DNA of 61,994 bases, counting the filler, from Sphacelaria rigidula (lineage: Eukaryota), in NCBI GenBank assembly GCA_964200075.2. It is 10 parts of 10 records of this genome, joined end to end, with 100 filler letters (N's around TTAATTAATTAA, not from the genome) between each part and the next. Parts side by side here need not be neighbours in the genome. Positions count along the whole stretch, not along the records: positions 55,886 to 61,994 come from CAXNAA020022167.1; 9 more parts are not named here. One strand, given 5' to 3'. The translations under genes and the position numbers were made by a program. Position 1 is the stretch's first letter, and every line of letters starts with the position of its first letter. A model generated the notes under the pieces. The model ran no database searches. It was given only the letters and a program-made list of their open reading frames with translations, and was not told the origin of the DNA. This document shows positions 56,726-61,994 of the stretch, in pieces.

Positions 56726-57118
56726 CATCCCGCGGGGACCTCGGCTTCGAAGTACGCCGTAACAAAGTGAAGTGGAATTTTTCAACTTTGTGTTTGTCTT
56801 ACTGTACAGTATCGGGATTCGATGCGAGTAGCGCGTTACACGATGCATTAGTGTGTTTCCATTTTTTTTTTTGCTTTCTGTTTCACAGCATGGCGCGTGT
56901 AAGGCCTCGAACTGCACCAGCATATGATGCAGACAAACGCAGGACACAGAGGAGGTAATATCGGTTTTTGTTCCGTTTTACTTTTCCGTAGGATAAAACG
57001 ACGAGGCCGTTCAATTTCGAAGGTACTGTCACGGGGTGAAGTTGAAGTCTGTTTCAGCCCTTCTGTGTGTAGCACATCCCGCGGGGACCTCGGCTTCGAA
57101 GTACGCCGTTACAAAGTG
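56726..57118. repeat. 44-bp direct repeat pair (1 mismatch) at 56726-56769 and 57075-57118
   Basis: CATCCCGCGGGGACCTCGGCTTCGAAGTACGCCGT(A/T)ACAAAGTG. Confidence 0.9.
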
Positions 57119-57459
57119 GAGTTTTTATTTTATTTTTTATTGTGTTTCTTTTGCTGTGTCACAACGTGATGCGGGTACTATTATCATATAGTGTACCGTT
57201 CATAGGAGGCACGCAGCATAAGGTTCGGGGAAGGGGTTAGCGAGCAGTTTATCAGAGCTAGGGGGGGGGTGGGGGCGGGGATGGGAAGCCGGTGCCACCT
57301 TTGGTGGAGAATCGTATTTGTATGGCCTTGTGTTTGAAGTGAAGGGTAGTTGAGCATTTCGGCGGTCGTACTATCTGATGTATCGGAAGCGCTGATTTCA
57401 TTTGTTCGGTTTCGTGTGTTTGGTGGTTGTCGCGAGCTTATGCTATTCTTAGCTTTGTA

Positions 57460-58140
57460 ATGGTCGTGTTGTTATGTCGAGAGGCGACTCCGAGTCGTCT
57501 TTTCCCGCGATTGTGCCGAGCGTGGACCCGTATTGTAGTGCTGCCGTATCGCGAGGCAACTACGACGTGGTTTGACAGAAGTTTGTGCCAGACTTGAATT
57601 TGTTCTGTAGAGCTGTGGTGTCAAGAAGCGGCCCCAACATGGTTCGCCTCGCGTGTGTGCCGGACGTAGATTTGTATATTAGTGTCGTGGGGTCGCGAGG
57701 TGACTCCAACGCGATATGTTTCGAGTTTATAGTAGTGCTGTGATGTCGAGACGTGACTCTAACGCGCTTTGTCTCGAGTTTGGGCTAGACTGGGATTGTG
57801 ATCTAGTGCTGTGGAGTCGCTAGGTGATTCCAACGCGATAATTCGCGAGTTTATGCCAGGGGATTTGTATGGTAGTGCTGTAGGGTCGCGAGACGGTTCC
57901 GACGCGATGTGTCGCGAATTGATGCCGCGAGACGTGTTCTATGGTGCTGTATTTTTGAGAGGGCTCCAACGCGGTTTGTATCGAGTTTGGGCATGACTTG
58001 GATGGGTGTGTAGTGCTGTGGTAAGGAAAAGTGACTTCAATGCGCCTTTCTCAAGCATGTGCCAGATTTGGTTTATTTGTTATTGTAGTGGTGTAATGTA
58101 GAGAGGCGATTCCGAGTGGTTGCGTAGTAGGATGCTACCT
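57460..58140. repeat. Highly degenerate ~70-bp tandem array (~10 units)
   Basis: GTAGTGCTGTGG.GTCGCGAGG.GACTCCAACGCG core recurs roughly every 53-75 nt. Confidence 0.8.
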
Positions 58141-59668
58141 GGCATTAACAGTGTGTGCTCATAGCTGTTATATATACGTGTGGGCACACTGCTTTGGAGA
58201 CAGAAGCACGACTTCACGCTCGATTGGTGCCACGATAAAGCTGAATTGCGTTTATCTCGATTCGTTTTTGTTCTGCATAGTGTCAAGCTGCCCTTGTGTG
58301 TGAACGAGGCAAGCGATGGCGGCGGACGAAGCAGGGTAATCTTGGTACATACATCGCAATTTCCGTGATGATTTTGCATCACAGAAATGAAAGTCATATT
58401 AGTTCATGTGTACCGGAAACCAATGTCACAACCTCCACAAGATAATCGAGAGACTCCTGGGGTACGGACCTACCCGACAGGGAGTGTGTTGCCTGGAATT
58501 GGTGTAATACTGCGTACGTGAAGTCGGCAACTGCAACGCTACACTTCGAAGCAATAGTGTATACAAATCTCCACGATGTGGAATGTTACAGGCGGCTTAC
58601 GCGCCATAGCGGCTGCGTTCCCGTACAGCTTCGCCCAAGATACAGGCAACCATTACAGCGATGGGGGCGGCCTTTCACTCCTGCGTGCGCCACCTGGGGC
58701 GAACGGACGCTGTAGCTGTAACACGGACAGATTTGCAAAATGTGGCATAGCGATATAGCGTGTAGCGAGGGGTGATATTCCGCGCACACTGCGTTGGTGG
58801 CGTTGGAATGCGTATGGCTGTCGTGGTTTGTGCAGAAAATATTTAGTGTGTAATTGTCAACGTGACAGGAACAATCGGTTCAGTTGGTGAACCCAGCTCT
58901 GATAAGAGAGCTTGCCTTGCTCCTGTGTGACCCCGCAGAGGTTGCACAGTGTTGGTTGAACACTTGCTTGTGCAATGAGAAAAAGACAGTTTAAACTTGG
59001 CGCTTCATTCGGCCGTACTCAAATCAAACACAATTAGTCTCTACTTCACACAATACTGATGACAAGCTGGTGGGCTTGCTTGAGGTGGGTCGCTTTGGAG
59101 AGTAATAGCGTAGGGCTATGTCACTCTCTCGACAAACCTCTTGTACACTATGAAGCTGTTCCTCCAAACTGTTGATACTCAGACTATTCGCACTCAACCC
59201 TTCAACGTTCTGAGGATATGCTGACTTTCTGTACACGAGCTATACAGTACATGGGCTACTCATTATTTTACGATGGATATTCCACTTCTTCGGTCATTAC
59301 TACGATCTTTGTTCCAACAACGAACCGTTACTGGTTTTACCCCTAATCTCGAGTATGTGTACGGCTGGGCCGGTAAATCCCGCATTCTCGCTCCGCACTA
59401 CAACTTCTCAAGTTTCCCAAATCGGCGCAACTTCAGCATATCGCTGTGAACTGCAGACTAACCTGGGAACACACGGCACCGCCGCTGCTTGATTGGCGCA
59501 GTTTTGGCGATGATGTTATTGTACTGCATTGAGTACCGGGTACGTCTCTTGCCATTGCGTGAGAACGTGTCTGGAGACGTTTCGTTTCACAAAATGCGGT
59601 GGAATTGCGATAGACCGTTGTGCCGGATAGGCACACGCACACCCGGCATGCCCAGGCAAGAGCACACC

Positions 59669-59906
59669 GAGTGATGCTACGGTAGGGGCGCACAAATATT
59701 TTCTGAGGTTAGAATTGTTAGGAGCCCTTTATCTCATGCAAAACACGACCTATAAAAAGATGTGAAAGTACGCCAGGGTTACTACTCCAATGTGCTGGGG
59801 ATATCCCGAATTGATTCGCAAACGGGAATGCACTGACCCATATTTTTGTGCATCTAGATTCGTTAGGAGCCCCTGAACTAGACACAATTTCGCGAAAAAA
59901 GTGCAC
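59669..59906. mobile_element. Sola2-like MITE copy lacking its right TIR
   Basis: GAGTGATGCTACGGTAGGGG start; the interior aligns with 39503-39740. Confidence 0.85.
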
Positions 59907-61025
59907 AATAAACACGGGATCTTACGAATTGGGGATGGATCTTTCATTGGGGATGAGAAACCCGAAGAAATAAAGTCTTCGTATCCACACCAAATATTAG
60001 AAAGATGGTTCCATTTCTTCACCTGCTGATAGCTATTGGCAACTGCTACACGTCATACAACTCTGGATTTCGATCACCGAAATGTTGCGGTCGTGGGTGA
60101 AAAACCAACTTCGGAACCATTTTGGCGGCCGTTCGGACACCCCAAATTCCCCAAAATTGATTTTTCACCTAGGACCCCAATAGCTTGGTTATCGAGCTCC
60201 AAATTTGTATGACGTGCATGTAGCAGTTGTCAAAAGCTATCAGGAAATGAAGAAATAATCAATTGAAATGGACAAAAACAGGAATAATTTTGAACAGCAG
60301 AAGGACCTATTCAAAATAAATCCTTTTTTCGCCCATTCGAATTGGGCAAAAAAATGATTTATTTTGAACAACGTTTACTGCTGCACAAATCCCATGCACT
60401 CTGGCAGATTTGGAACTCGAACAGCAGAAGAAGCTCAAAATAAATCTTCACTTTGCCCTCCAATTCATCCGGAAATTGGGCAAAAAGAGATTTATTGCGA
60501 ACAGCATCAGCTGGGCATATCCCGCATACTGCACCGATATCAGCGTATTGGATCCGAGACGCAGAAAAAGTTGTTGAAGGTATAATCATCCTCTTGCTCC
60601 CCAGTTCATGTACCAATTGGGCTAGAGGATCAATTCTCAACAACTTTTGCTGAATGGAGATCCCACACACTGCTTACGAGTGTATGTTCACACGCCTGTG
60701 CTTCGAAGCGACGCTTCCGCTGTAGACGTGGTAGAGATGCTGGATCGCCGGTATATACCTTGCATATGAATCCACATAGTTAATTATAAAACCCCGTGGT
60801 CCAGTGTCTACCAACACAAGCCATGTTCAGAAAAATCATTTGATCAGTCATGCTTTTGTTTATGGAGGTTTTTGCTTGATATTGATTAGAAGCACAAAAA
60901 TATGCCGGGTGTCAATAGAGAATAGGGTAGTTCAATAATGGATGACTTGCCGTTCCCTCGGGCATGACAGTGTGACTTCAATACCAAACACTGCCATATC
61001 CCGAACGTTTTTTCTGTATCATCCC

Positions 61026-61263
61026 CATGCCGTATGGTGGAGTATATTGTATGTGCGCTGTAAACACTGTACAGCATATTAACAACAATGAACCGTATTC
61101 GGGGTGATGAAGCCCCGTGAAGCGTACTGTACGTTTTCTTCTGCCAGTACCATGCCCATGCTATATGGTGGAGTATATTGAATGTGCCCTGTAAACACTG
61201 GCAGCATATTAACAATAATGAATAGTATTCGTGGTGACGAAACCCTGTGAAGCGTGCTGTACG
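61026..61263. repeat. ~130-bp tandem duplication
   Basis: ATGGTGGAGTATATTG.ATGTGC.CTGTAAACACTG..CAGCATATTAACAA... occurs twice. Confidence 0.9.
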
Positions 61264-61761
61264 GCGCGAAGAAAAACCCTATAACCTAATCCCCACGAGA
61301 AACACTGCACAGTCACCCTGAACCCTGTAGACGTGCCCCACAGGGTGCTATCTGTCCACGTGTGCAACGGCTGCGTTCATGATGTGGGGGACTGCATAGG
61401 ACAGCGCATAATCAATGCAGGGCAGGGAGTGGCTGAGGATGTGACGCCCTGTGGTATGCTTTGTCACCCTGTACCTTGCCGCTGTGCAGTGAGCAGGTAG
61501 TGCCGCCGAAGGCGTCACGCTGCGGTTGGTACGCAGTGTTGAACATAGCAGCAAGCAGCATATTTCATGTACATGGGAGTATGTTCCAAGACCGATGCGC
61601 GTACACACAGCAACTGCTATCGCCATCATCCATCGAACAGGGGGGTACCCCCAGCCCTCGGATATAATACCCCTCCTCCCCCTTCCCCCTCCCTCCCTCC
61701 CTCCTCCTACGGCCCCAAAATGAGGTTTTGGCGACCCGAAGGAGAGGGGGGCGTTCTCATG

Positions 61762-61943
61762 TGTTGCTTGCCTTAGTCGTCTGACCATTGACCACGCATC
61801 CCTTTCGAGACGGAGCGAAAAGGAGGGGGGGGGTGCCGTCATTTCCCGATATGGCCCCCCCTCGGCCCAACGTAGTAGTAGGAACGGTGCTCCGTCTCGA
61901 AAGGGATGCGTGGTCAGTGGTCAAACTACTAAGGCAAGCAACA
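61762..61943. repeat. 55-bp inverted repeat (3 mismatches, 72-nt loop) formed by two copies of the short element
   Basis: 61762-61816 versus 61889-61943. Confidence 0.92.
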
Positions 61944-61994
61944 AAGGAGCACAGACACACACCCCACCCACCGCCACCCCCACCCCCCACCGCT

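Noticed and set aside
57460..58140. ~72-nt period suggesting 24-aa LRR exons or a CRISPR-like array
   Set aside because: The frames I translated show no LxxLxxLxLxxN pattern, unit length varies (about 53-75 nt), and the 'spacers' are homologous to each other.
61274..61330. Telomere-like CCCTAA/CCCTGA motifs
   Set aside because: Only a few scattered degenerate units; not an array.

Overview
Eukaryotic, repeat-rich DNA, most likely from a brown alga (Phaeophyceae). This is inferred from the retroelement protein types and the short-exon, TE-filled-intron gene style, and was not verified by any search. The window is not one locus: it is ten unrelated contigs of 6110 or 6109 bp joined by 100-bp artificial linkers (N44-TTAATTAATTAA-N44), so adjacency across linkers is meaningless. 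It contains: (i) decayed Ty3/gypsy fragments (two integrase C-termini with chromodomain-like tails, two Gag-like ORFs); (ii) two back-to-back Ty1/copia remnants with half-tRNA-Met primer sites; (iii) partial spliced host genes (6-exon ankyrin protein, 5-exon coiled-coil protein, BTB/POZ exon); (iv) a tRNA-derived SINE family, Sola2-like and hAT-like MITEs with clean TSDs, and a nested stack of four insertions; (v) several minisatellites and foldbacks. There is no CRISPR, rRNA or intact tRNA. The best candidate for something undescribed is a pair of otherwise unrelated dispersed elements that share a TGAGTACRCCC(C)n 3' end and tend to sit in G/C homopolymer runs, possibly a G-tract-targeting retroposon system.
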